From assembly GCA_964344235.1 (NCBI GenBank), contig CAYFMJ010000001.1:88664-152663 (forward strand): a stretch of DNA of 64,000 nt. The letters run 5' to 3'. The notes below the pieces were generated by a model, which ran no database searches, had not been told where the DNA came from, and saw nothing but the letters and a program-made list of their open reading frames with translations. The stretch is from an uncultured Methanosarcinales archaeon (GTDB taxonomy: Archaea; Nanobdellota; Nanobdellia; Woesearchaeales; GW2011-AR9). Position 1 is the first letter of the stretch. The number at the start of each line of letters is the position of its first letter. Made by a program: the position numbers and the translations under genes. This document shows, piece after piece, positions 46,218-55,352 of this stretch.

Positions 46218-46775
46218 CTATTTGTTAAGAACTTTCTTGAGGTTTTCGATTAATTGATCAGTTGCTTCGTGCACCGCTTCCTCAGTCTTTGTTCCAGTAC
46301 AGACGATTTTTCCATTACTGAATAAGAGGAATGTTGCGTTTGTTCCCCGTAACTTGTGTACTAAACCAGGGAATTGTTCTGGTTCGTATTCCGTGTTTGG
46401 TAGCTTTAAACCAAGCACGTTTAAGTTAAGATCCATACCAATACTACCGGACGCTACAATGTTTTGCACAGTGATTTCTGGTTTAATAGTTACAGTGATG
46501 TCTAATTTTTTAAGACTTCGAATGATACTCTGGATACTTCTATCGACATCAGCTAGGGTTCTTGCTCCTGTACAGACAACTTTTCCGCTGGAGAAGATTA
46601 ATGCAGACGTTTTTGGGTCTTTAATTCGTAGTACAAGCCCAGGAAATTGTTCTGGGTTGTATTCTGTGTTGGGCAGCGTTGCCGCCATTTTTTCTAATGG
46701 AATATCTTTTTCTAGTCCTGTGGATACTACGATGTTTACAATACGAATATTTTTCTTTGCAGCTTTCTTTGCCAT
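46218..46775 (-). CDS. tbp: TATA-box binding protein
   Basis: Two TBP repeats (VNIVVSTGLEKDIPLEKMA... and QNIVASGSIGMDLNLNVL...). 185 aa. Confidence 0.9.
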   Translation of the reverse strand: MAKKAAKKNIRIVNIVVSTGLEKDIPLEKMAATLPNTEYNPEQFPGLVLRIKDPKTSALIFSSGKVVCTGARTLADVDRSIQSIIRSLKKLDITVTIKPEITVQNIVASGSIGMDLNLNVLGLKLPNTEYEPEQFPGLVHKLRGTNATFLLFSNGKIVCTGTKTEEAVHEATDQLIENLKKVLNK

Positions 46776-46803
46776 AATACATTCCCCCTATACCCTCTAA
46801 TTT

Positions 46804-46848
46804 TGTTTATAAATGAACGCTGCTTTTTAAATGTTGCCTTTATAAATC
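46804..46848. promoter_or_regulatory. Divergent promoter region with TATA boxes for tbp (minus) and the THUMP gene (plus)
   Basis: tgtttataaatg (46804-46815) and ctttataaatc (46838-46848). Confidence 0.35.
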
Positions 46849-46901
46849 GATGATTTGGGTTTGTGAGAATCTTTTTAAAGTAGGTGTAGAAGAAGTATAG
46901 G

Positions 46902-47675
46902 ATGGAGTATACACATTTATTGCTACGATATGGAGAGATTTTTCTAAAAGGAAAGAATCGGAAAATCTTTGAGAAGCGGTTAGCGAAGAATATTAATTCT
47001 ATTACTGCCCATAGGCCAAAGGCAATGCGTTCTAGGATGTTTATGGAATATTTTGAAGAACATGAGGCGCTGAAGAGAGTATTTGGATTATTATCCTATT
47101 CCCCTGCGGTATTGGTGGAAAAAGCTGTCGAAGTTATTAAGAAAGAGGTGTTGAGATTTTTGAAGAATACTGGTGGAAAAACGTTTAAGATTGAGACAAA
47201 ACGATCTGATAAGTCTTTTCCGATACAATCTCCCGATTTTAATAGGCAAGTAGGGAAGTATGTTGAGAAGAATAGTCCTTTGACGTTTGATTTTTCTAAG
47301 TCCGATGTGGTTTTACAGATTGAAATTAATCAAGAAGGCGCGTTTTTGTTTTCTGAGGTTGTTGATTGTGTAGGTGGCTTGCCAACGGGCGTTGAAGGGA
47401 GTGCTGGATTGTTGGTTTCAGATGAGAATTCTATATTGGCAGGGTTATTGATGATGAAACGAGGGGTTTCAGTGTTTCCCTTTGGTACAGGAGATATTTC
47501 GCTGTTGCAGCAGTATAGTCCTGATGCGTTAACGTTGCGGGAAGAGAATGTCTGTGATGTTATGGTAGTTGGGGATTTATTTGGTTCTGGGAACTCGTAT
47601 GAAGGAGTTGTATTGAAACCGTTAGTTGGGTATTCTAAGAAAGGAGTGAGGGAAGAGTTGAAGAAGTATAGTTAG
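46902..47675 (+). CDS. ThiI-like THUMP-domain protein with a degenerate, truncated PP-loop
   Basis: ThiI-type N-terminus LLLRYGEIFLKGKNRKIFEKRL. The position where SGGxDS is expected reads SDENS, and the protein ends after about 90 aa of the PP-loop domain. Confidence 0.55.
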   Translation: MEYTHLLLRYGEIFLKGKNRKIFEKRLAKNINSITAHRPKAMRSRMFMEYFEEHEALKRVFGLLSYSPAVLVEKAVEVIKKEVLRFLKNTGGKTFKIETKRSDKSFPIQSPDFNRQVGKYVEKNSPLTFDFSKSDVVLQIEINQEGAFLFSEVVDCVGGLPTGVEGSAGLLVSDENSILAGLLMMKRGVSVFPFGTGDISLLQQYSPDALTLREENVCDVMVVGDLFGSGNSYEGVVLKPLVGYSKKGVREELKKYS

Positions 47676-48640
47676 TTGCCTACGTATTTTGAGTAGATAG
47701 AAAGTGCTTCTTCTTTTGAATCTGCTTTTATGAGTGCACGACCGTCTTTGAAGAGAGTGATATTTTTGAAGTGAAGTGCAATTGAGCCGTGTTGCACGTT
47801 GTCGATTTTTTCTAAGCGTTGTTTTACTTTTTCTAGGTTGATTGGTTTTCCTAACACTTGAAACCTGCCCGCACTACAGAAGCGTGTTACTCGCTGTTCA
47901 GGTTGTTCAAGATATTTGAAATCGTGTTCTTTCATTTTGTTAATTGTTAATTTTTTAATGGAAATGTTTTTTGTATCAACATAATGTAATGTTGGTTCAA
48001 CTGTTTGTTCTGTGATTATTCTAATTGCAAATTCAGTTTGTAATGAAGCAATTATGGTAGTGATTGTGTTTAATACGCCAACGGTATCACAGGTATCTAA
48101 ACCAGGCGTTTCTGTGATGAAATCTCTTATTGAAATTGTATTGGGAATGATGGGGAGAACGTAGCCAGATGTTTTGATAGCAGCGGCATAAATCCAAGGT
48201 TTGTTCTTTTTCCGAGAGTAATCGTCAATTAAGAACTTCGTTTGTAAGTTATCTGTACAATCGAGGATAAGGTTGTAGTTGTCTAGTACAGAAATATTTT
48301 GATTGTTAAGATGAAGGGTTTCTGACGTTATTTTTATGGTTGAATTAATTGCTTGTAATGTTTGTTTTGCGACGTGTGCTTTACTTTTGTTGATGTCGGC
48401 TTCGGTGAATACTGTTTGTCGTTGGAGGTTAGATTCTTCTACCAAGTCTCTATCAATGAGGAGAAGTGTACCAACACCTGCGCGTGCCAATAAGTCTGCA
48501 CAAACAGTACCAAGAGCGCCAACGCCTATAATGGCTACTTTAGCGTTGTTTATCTTTTGTTGGTTTTCTTTTCCCAGTACTAATTCTTGTCGTGCGTATC
48601 TCATTGTGCTAATTGTTGTTGTAATGTACAAGCGTTGCAA
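47672..48640 (-). CDS. E1-like ThiF/MoeB/UbaA family adenylyltransferase
   Basis: Rossmann motif IIGVGALGTVCADLLARAGVG...LIDRD. About 100 aa of extra C-terminal domain. Confidence 0.75.
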   Translation of the reverse strand: MQRLYITTTISTMRYARQELVLGKENQQKINNAKVAIIGVGALGTVCADLLARAGVGTLLLIDRDLVEESNLQRQTVFTEADINKSKAHVAKQTLQAINSTIKITSETLHLNNQNISVLDNYNLILDCTDNLQTKFLIDDYSRKKNKPWIYAAAIKTSGYVLPIIPNTISIRDFITETPGLDTCDTVGVLNTITTIIASLQTEFAIRIITEQTVEPTLHYVDTKNISIKKLTINKMKEHDFKYLEQPEQRVTRFCSAGRFQVLGKPINLEKVKQRLEKIDNVQHGSIALHFKNITLFKDGRALIKADSKEEALSIYSKYVGN

Positions 48641-49533
48641 GTTTCCCTGTTTGCAGGTTCGTTACATTGTTGACATTTCCCAATTGCTTGGCCTTTCTCG
48701 GTTTCTTTTAGATGTGGTGTTAATGCTAAGAACGAATGAATGATACCTTGTTTCGTACCTTTGTATTTTTGCTCGAGGTTGTTAAGAAGTTCCTGCACAT
48801 CGTGGCGGAAACCTTGTCGGGAATAAGGGCATTCGGTGTAGAGGATTTTCCAGCCTTTCAATAGAGTGTATAGGCGAACTTCCTTTTCAGAACACATGTA
48901 TAGTGGTTTGACTCTTTGCACAAAATCGTTTTGTTCGTTGATGCCAGATTTTGGGCCAATTCTGCCGGCTAATTTGGTGTTGGCTTTGAACATGTTCATT
49001 AAGATAACTTGCGCTTCGTCATCGAGGTTATGGCCAGTAATGATTTTTGTTGCGCCTAATTTTCGAGAATATTTATTGAGAATATATCGCCTCCATACTC
49101 CGCAAATATTACATGGTTTCTTTTTTGTACCTTTGTTAATAATTGGGAATGCGTTGTCTAATGTAGAGCCGAATTCTTCTTTGTTTGAGATTATGTGTAA
49201 CTCGGTGTTGTGGTCGTTGCAGAAAGCTTTGAGATCTTCAAGTGTTTTTTCTCTGTACTCTGCAATTCCTTCATCAACTGCTAGTGCGAATACCAGGGTT
49301 GTTTTTGGGTAGTTATATTTTGCAAGGTATTTCTTTGTGAGGTACAGAACGGTAAGAGAATCTTTGCCGCCAGAGGTTGCGATACAGATTTTTTTGTCAT
49401 TTCTGTCAATAAGATGGAATTTGTTGAAGGTTTTGAAGACTTTCTCTTCGAAATAGGTGATGAAATGATTTTTACACAAAGGTCCATGCTGTTGTTCAAT
49501 GACAGCTTTTAAGTTACATTTACTGCATTGCAT
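48601..49533 (-). CDS. ncsA: NcsA/Ncs6/TtuA-family tRNA thiolation PP-loop ATPase
   Basis: N-terminal Zn finger CSKCN...C. PP-loop IATSGGKDS. CxxC clusters (CNICG and C-terminal CQQCNE...CNAC). Confidence 0.8.
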   Translation of the reverse strand: MQCSKCNLKAVIEQQHGPLCKNHFITYFEEKVFKTFNKFHLIDRNDKKICIATSGGKDSLTVLYLTKKYLAKYNYPKTTLVFALAVDEGIAEYREKTLEDLKAFCNDHNTELHIISNKEEFGSTLDNAFPIINKGTKKKPCNICGVWRRYILNKYSRKLGATKIITGHNLDDEAQVILMNMFKANTKLAGRIGPKSGINEQNDFVQRVKPLYMCSEKEVRLYTLLKGWKILYTECPYSRQGFRHDVQELLNNLEQKYKGTKQGIIHSFLALTPHLKETEKGQAIGKCQQCNEPANRETCNACTLQQQLAQ

Positions 49534-49736
49534 TAACCGCCGGAAATGACACTGAGAATTTCAATAGTATCTTGATCATGTAATTGATCATCAGATGTTA
49601 GAACTTCGTTGTTTTTTGTTATGAGAACAGTTTCTTCGTTTATGTTTAGTTGTTGTAGAAGTTCAGCTACTGTCGTTTTGTCAAAGCTGATGTGGTTTGT
49701 TGTTTGTTCTCGTTCGTCTACTATTGTTAGGTGCAT
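49533..49736 (-). CDS. Ubiquitin-like small archaeal modifier / sulfur carrier (SAMP, ThiS/MoaD fold) ending in Gly-Gly
   Basis: 67 aa. C-terminus ...ILSVISGG. First gene of the SAMP-NcsA-E1 operon, and its stop overlaps the ncsA start. Confidence 0.6.
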   Translation of the reverse strand: MHLTIVDEREQTTNHISFDKTTVAELLQQLNINEETVLITKNNEVLTSDDQLHDQDTIEILSVISGG

Positions 49737-49828
49737 TCTTTCCTCCCCTGAGTCCGCTAATCGGGCCGAGGTTTGTAAGGGTTAATTTAGGGGTGGTTTT
49801 TTAAATATCTTCTGTATAATATAGGTTT

Positions 49829-50311
49829 ATGGAGAATATTGTGTTGAAGGAAGGTCTTGGGGGAGATTTTGGTAGTTCTAAGCTCGTTTCTTTGATTGAA
49901 GGCAAAACGAAAAAAGAATTACTGTCTAATTTGAAAATAAATAAAGGAAAAACAACAGTTTATAGGGCTTTGAGTGAGGAGATGTTACGGTTTGCTTTGG
50001 AAAGAACTGATGTTGATATTGTGTTGGGAATGGAGGGTATTCATTACAAAGATCACACACATTACCCTCGTGGCGGTTTGGATCAGATTACAAGTAAAAT
50101 TGCTGCTGCGAAAGGTAAGACTATTGGGTTTTCGTTTGCGGATATTTTGCGTTCGAAAGATAGAGGAAGATTATTGGGTAGAATGATGTTGAATATTCGG
50201 TTGTGTAAGAAGTATAATGTCAAAATGGTGTTTAGTTCATTTGCCTCTTCAAAATCGGAGATGCGAAGTACAAAAGATTTGGAAGCATTTTGGCGCATTC
50301 TTTCTCGGTAG
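49829..50311 (+). CDS. RNase P protein subunit Rpp30-like (short)
   Basis: PHP/TIM-barrel-like pattern (VDIVLGMEGIHYKDH...IGFSFADIL...KMVFSSFASS). 160 aa, which is shorter than typical Rpp30. Confidence 0.45.
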   Translation: MENIVLKEGLGGDFGSSKLVSLIEGKTKKELLSNLKINKGKTTVYRALSEEMLRFALERTDVDIVLGMEGIHYKDHTHYPRGGLDQITSKIAAAKGKTIGFSFADILRSKDRGRLLGRMMLNIRLCKKYNVKMVFSSFASSKSEMRSTKDLEAFWRILSR

Positions 50312-50358
50312 CGTTAATAACATTTATAAACAATGGTTGTTTGTTTTTGAGTATACTT

Positions 50359-53300
50359 ATGGTGGAGAAAAAAAGAGGTTTAGTTTTAGTAGTCTTTGTT
50401 GCTTTTCTAGTAGTGATGAGCGTGGGTGTTTTAGGTGTTCCTGACAAGAATACAGATGCTTTTCCAACCATTGGACACCGGGCCGATTTAGGTTATGAAT
50501 ATGATCAGGGTTGTGGTTCTTATGATGTTGACGATTGCCCGCAAGGTGACACTTACAAGCTAGATGAAGATCACAGTACCTGTTCTGCATCAGGAAGCGA
50601 TTTGTCTCCTTTATTCGATGCCTGTAAAATTTTTTTTGTCGATAAAGATGAGGGAAATGATGATGGGGGGTTTGGGCTAGCAGATGAGGGTTATATTCTA
50701 GACTCAGTTGGCTACGAAAAACTTGGCCTTCACAGCTATGAGAAAGTCTGTGGGCAAGAAGGAGACCATGATAATGATGGGGTTGAGGGGCTAAAAGGAG
50801 CGAAGTTTAAAGCAGCTGATAATACTGCATATATTTGTGGAAATAACCTGGGAGAACCAAATAAATGGTATAAATGTACTTCAGAGACGCTTGACACTGT
50901 AACATGGGCAAACGGTGACTTATATAATTGTACTTTCAGTGCTAGTACTGGCTTTCCAACTTGGAAAAACGAAGGAGGGGATACGGACTTTGATACTTTT
51001 GCTCAAGAGGTAGATTGTAAAGATAACCCCCCGAGTGGATCCTGTTTAAACCTGGCACCAGAAGATTGTGCAAGCTCTCCTGAAAATTATGAATGCCCAC
51101 AGTGTATTAACCCTGATGCGCCTGAGGTATGTGGAGATGGCAAAAACAATGATTGCAATGAAGCGACTTCTGATAACTGTCATGATAATCAGGCAGCATG
51201 TGAGGCACTTGACACGGCAGTTGGTTGGAATATTCATGATGAGAAATATGCTTGGCAACAAACGGGAAGCGAGGGAGCCGGTTTCTGTTGTGGATTCAGT
51301 GGAAGTGGTGATGGTAATGTAGGGGAGGTGTCGGAGAGTATTGGTGGCACTAACAAGCTATGTGTGAATAAAGAATATACCACAACAAACGGAGAGATTT
51401 CATCAAGTGAGACCGAAGGAGTTGAGTGTAGTGGATCTGGGTGGTGTTTAGTGAGCGCAGTTGTTGGGTCTAAGTTTCAGATATACACTATTGCAGAACC
51501 GGAAAAAGAACCTTATGATGTTGTTTCCAATGGAGATAATTGGTATGAATGTAGTAGCAGCTACCATGAACCTCTGCTACCGGAAGATACAGGTGTAAGG
51601 ACAAAGGCTAATGCGTTTTACTGCTTCGATGAGGGAAATCATTGGAGTTGGGCTGAATGTCCTTTAGGGGAAGAGGGTGAAGTTGAAAGCGAGAATAGCG
51701 GTACGACTAAAATTAGGCACAAAGGAGATGGATTATATCAGCTGTTTCCAACAAATGATAAAAACCAGTTTGGAGTTTTGGTAGATGCAAAGGATCCAAT
51801 TTACACAAGTTTGTATAGTGAGGATTTCTTGTTAGATTTTAGCGGATATAACCAATTGAATTTTATGATTCAGTTTCTGAGTGAAGTAACCCTGCCAGCT
51901 GATGTTAAGGTGCAAATTTATGGTTCTGATGATGAGCTGAAATGGCAAGGGAATGTTCTTGGCTTTAGTACTAATAATCCTGTGCTAGTTGCAGATACGT
52001 TCTTTCATGTGCAAGTTCCCATTGCTCCGTTTAAAGATGTTGAGAAAGTTCTGATAGAGAGTATTGGCGACTTCAATCATATTGAGGTGAAGAATATTTA
52101 TATGAGTGTCCAGGGAGAGCAACCCTACTTGTGTTCGGCAAAGCAATCAAACCAACCACAACAACCAGCATGGTTGACGAATGCAGATGACATTATTGAA
52201 AATACATTGATTACTGGAGAAAATATTTGTAATGAGTTGTATGGTGGCTGGTTAGGAGATGAAGTAGATGATGTCGAAAGAAGGTGTTGTGGTGATGATG
52301 TGGGGGAATATTATGCTGGCCCAGGAAAGAACGGTTGTTGGAATTCTGAAGTTGTTGTAGGTGGGGGAACAATGATGAATGCTCAAGTTGAGGTTACGTC
52401 ACAATATTCAACAGTTGGAGAGGTTGAGGGTGTAGCAGTGAGAACTGTTACATTTGAGTGGGACTATGCAACGCCTTCAGAGGATCCGGTGACTCTTACG
52501 GATGCTGAGTGTAAGCAATATACAAAAGAGCACAATTGTCCTATTGGCTGTAAGTGGGTAGCTGATTACGGGGTTGGATGTATTGCATTAAATGCAGATG
52601 CGATTATTGCTGCACCAACTTCAGGCGTTAATACGCAAGAAGCTTCAATTGAGATTGAGTATGATGGCTCTACTGTTTCGCCGAAGTCTATCACACTGAA
52701 AGAATTGGGGTTTGAGGTTGAGGGTGTTGAATCAGGAGAGTTATCTATAAACACGGGAATCGAACTCTTCATTGCTGGCTCTTTTCAAGATCACGGTGAT
52801 GAATTCGAGTTTTTCTCTGAGAGCGATTATATTTTAGGAAATAATCAGTTTGAAGTTGGCGATTTTAAAGATATTAGCTTTTCCTTTGTTCATGATGATA
52901 ACTACTATGAAAATAATAAAGAAACGGTGAAGAAGCTTGTTGTTGGTACTCAACCAGAGGAAATGATGAAAACGTATTCGTGCTCTCAAGCGGCGTGTAC
53001 GTTCCCAATTCCGGGGTTTCCACCGTATACTATCAGTAACCCGTTCCCTGATTTATATGAGATATATTTTGTTGATGGACCAGGAATTGATGATAGACAT
53101 CCAATTGATAAGAATGGAAAGACGTTTGATCAGGTAGGGAATGTTGAAGTCACAAAGGTTGCACAGCAAGTTGTGCTTGTTAATAGTGATACAGAGCATC
53201 AATTTTATGGTTGTGCGCCTTCGCAAACGTTAATTAACAGTATTCCTACAGAAGATCAAGATAGTTTCACTGCATTAAGCCATTGCGCGGTGAAAGCAGA

Positions 53301-55209
53301 TAGGTTTTGTTCATTTAGTTACACGGAGGATGGCGTGACAACAATTAATTCGTGGAGTGACGATGCTTTAGAACATGTTGGGTATGAAGCGTTAGAAGAT
53401 GATCCGAAGGAGTTGGAGGGTTTGCATAATTTACAATTGAAAACACTGCCTACTAACGAACAAGAGATAATTCCACCTACGGATAGAAATTGGTCGACAA
53501 CTGCTTTCCCAGGACAGAATATTTTACCAAATGCGTTGTTTGAAATTGATAGTCAAGGAAGTGTGAAAAGAATTGCCCATTGGGTTGTTATTGATAGTGA
53601 AGGGTTAGAAGTTTCGAATGTTAATGCGAAACATATCCCTTTTGATGATCCAGAGAGGGTAGAGTTGGGAGGTGGAGAGATTCTAAGATCTTCTAGGATA
53701 GCACTGCCGCAAGGTGTTGATGAAACAATGGCGTTATCGCATGAGGGAGAAGGGGTGAAAGAGAGTGTTATTTTAGTTGATGGTGAAGGGGATATTGATA
53801 TTGTAAATGATGGAGAGTTCTCTACAGACGGTGCAGGGTATGTGGTAATTGAATTTACAGGACCTGGAAGTGTGGCACAACCGATCTTACAATTTGTCGA
53901 TGAAGATTTTGAACCTGTTGCATTCCATTATGATGGGGAAAAACAAAAAGTGCAAGAAAATTTTCAGGAACGTGCAGGAGTAGCATGTTGCCCACAGGAT
54001 TGGTGCTGGAATGGGTATACATGTGCAGAGCCGATGAGTGAAAATACCTTCGCAGCAGAGTTACTGCCAGATAATAGAACGTATAGGTGTGTAGGGGGAG
54101 AGTGGACAGAGCTGCCTGTAAAGAGAGATTGGAACGTGGCAGGATTTGGGTTTTGCGAACAAAAGGATCAGTGTTTCGTGACAAGTTCGTTAATGGGTGG
54201 CGATAATACTGCTGAGGCGATTGACTTTTACAATGGGAATTATCCAACCTGTGTTGACGATGGAGAGTTTATTTTCGACCATTACTGTGATGCCGGTAAT
54301 TGGACTTCACGAACGAAGTTTATTGCATCGGAGTTATTAGATGCGATTGGTGAGACAGATGAATATGCACTGTATTGTGATTCGTTTGAGAAAGTTCTTC
54401 CACAATTAGATGGGCATGATTTATTGTTTAGTGGGGAGTTGGTAGCGGATGCAGAAGTGGTTGGTTCAATTAGTGACCAGTTAGGGGGAGTGGAACCAGA
54501 ACAGACGTTTATACAGGTGTGCTTTGAGAATGTGAATAATAATGAACGAGGTAGAGAGTTAGTACCAACAGACCAGAATAAATGTGTGAATAATGTCTGT
54601 GTGTTGCAGTATAAACAGGGTGGAAAGAATAAAGTAGCGTTTGCAGCGTCTTTGAATCCGGCAGAGAACTCTTTCTTGACAGCGTTTGATATTCCAGCAG
54701 GAGAGGTAGCAACGTTATGTGGTGGTGAAGGGTTTAATGATTGTAATGTTGACCTAGCAGGGGACTTTTGGTATTCAGAAGAGTTAGATGCGTTTGTGTA
54801 TGGGAAAGATGGAATAGATTTAGATACAGGGTTCTTTGGAGGAATTCTGGATTTCTTTAGTGGTTTATTTGGTAATGGTATTGCGGAAGAGAATACGGAT
54901 TTTATTGCACAAGCGGAGAATTATCGAGATGTATATGTGTTGCAGCATGAGAATAAATTGGTTCGAGCGATTAAAGAGCAGCAAGGTCAGAAAGAGATTC
55001 TAGTAGCGGAGTTTGAAGGGTTTCAATCGCCAGTGTGTGAGTACGTGGAGAATGTTGGGTTGCCTGAGAAGCCAGCGTTTGAAGGGGCAACGAGCGTGGA
55101 TTTGGTGTGTAGTAGTGAGGAAGGCGTGCAGAAGTTTGAATTAGTTGATGATACGGATGTGTTCTGGGATCGGTTTGCGGGAAGGTTGAGGCCGCAAGAG
55201 AGTAGTTAG
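50359..55209 (+). CDS. Giant (about 1616 aa) Cys-rich secreted/surface protein
   Basis: The track ORF is 50290..55209. The likely true start is the ATG at 50359, followed by a signal anchor LVLVVFVAFLVVMSVGVLG. Acidic, with many Cys including CCG motifs (GFCCGFSG, RRCCGDD, VACCPQDWCW). No C-terminal anchor. Confidence 0.6.
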   Translation: MVEKKRGLVLVVFVAFLVVMSVGVLGVPDKNTDAFPTIGHRADLGYEYDQGCGSYDVDDCPQGDTYKLDEDHSTCSASGSDLSPLFDACKIFFVDKDEGNDDGGFGLADEGYILDSVGYEKLGLHSYEKVCGQEGDHDNDGVEGLKGAKFKAADNTAYICGNNLGEPNKWYKCTSETLDTVTWANGDLYNCTFSASTGFPTWKNEGGDTDFDTFAQEVDCKDNPPSGSCLNLAPEDCASSPENYECPQCINPDAPEVCGDGKNNDCNEATSDNCHDNQAACEALDTAVGWNIHDEKYAWQQTGSEGAGFCCGFSGSGDGNVGEVSESIGGTNKLCVNKEYTTTNGEISSSETEGVECSGSGWCLVSAVVGSKFQIYTIAEPEKEPYDVVSNGDNWYECSSSYHEPLLPEDTGVRTKANAFYCFDEGNHWSWAECPLGEEGEVESENSGTTKIRHKGDGLYQLFPTNDKNQFGVLVDAKDPIYTSLYSEDFLLDFSGYNQLNFMIQFLSEVTLPADVKVQIYGSDDELKWQGNVLGFSTNNPVLVADTFFHVQVPIAPFKDVEKVLIESIGDFNHIEVKNIYMSVQGEQPYLCSAKQSNQPQQPAWLTNADDIIENTLITGENICNELYGGWLGDEVDDVERRCCGDDVGEYYAGPGKNGCWNSEVVVGGGTMMNAQVEVTSQYSTVGEVEGVAVRTVTFEWDYATPSEDPVTLTDAECKQYTKEHNCPIGCKWVADYGVGCIALNADAIIAAPTSGVNTQEASIEIEYDGSTVSPKSITLKELGFEVEGVESGELSINTGIELFIAGSFQDHGDEFEFFSESDYILGNNQFEVGDFKDISFSFVHDDNYYENNKETVKKLVVGTQPEEMMKTYSCSQAACTFPIPGFPPYTISNPFPDLYEIYFVDGPGIDDRHPIDKNGKTFDQVGNVEVTKVAQQVVLVNSDTEHQFYGCAPSQTLINSIPTEDQDSFTALSHCAVKADRFCSFSYTEDGVTTINSWSDDALEHVGYEALEDDPKELEGLHNLQLKTLPTNEQEIIPPTDRNWSTTAFPGQNILPNALFEIDSQGSVKRIAHWVVIDSEGLEVSNVNAKHIPFDDPERVELGGGEILRSSRIALPQGVDETMALSHEGEGVKESVILVDGEGDIDIVNDGEFSTDGAGYVVIEFTGPGSVAQPILQFVDEDFEPVAFHYDGEKQKVQENFQERAGVACCPQDWCWNGYTCAEPMSENTFAAELLPDNRTYRCVGGEWTELPVKRDWNVAGFGFCEQKDQCFVTSSLMGGDNTAEAIDFYNGNYPTCVDDGEFIFDHYCDAGNWTSRTKFIASELLDAIGETDEYALYCDSFEKVLPQLDGHDLLFSGELVADAEVVGSISDQLGGVEPEQTFIQVCFENVNNNERGRELVPTDQNKCVNNVCVLQYKQGGKNKVAFAASLNPAENSFLTAFDIPAGEVATLCGGEGFNDCNVDLAGDFWYSEELDAFVYGKDGIDLDTGFFGGILDFFSGLFGNGIAEENTDFIAQAENYRDVYVLQHENKLVRAIKEQQGQKEILVAEFEGFQSPVCEYVENVGLPEKPAFEGATSVDLVCSSEEGVQKFELVDDTDVFWDRFAGRLRPQESS

Positions 55210-55210
55210 A

Positions 55211-55301
55211 ATATGTCCCGCTTGCACGGCACGATTACGGTGACTTCTTGAATCTTTTTTATCTACGCCACCGTGTGCCTCCATTGGCAAAGCGGACATA
55301 T
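55211..55301. ncRNA. Structured RNA-like element, copy 2 of 2
   Basis: Helices atatgtcc(c)gctt/aagcggacatat, ggcac/gtgcc and acggtg/caccgt. Conserved GCAC, GATT and CCATTGGC. Lies 50 nt upstream of the 855-aa gene. Confidence 0.4.
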
Positions 55302-55352
55302 CCTATCACGAAAGTAATTAATTTTATAAGATAGAAGTGATTAGGTGTTTCT

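Noticed and set aside
49829-50311. Giant-gene ORF start at 50290 overlapping the Rpp30-like gene
   Set aside because: The first 23 codons of the track ORF are non-signal-like. The ATG at 50359 is immediately followed by a signal anchor, so the overlap is probably an ORF-caller artefact.
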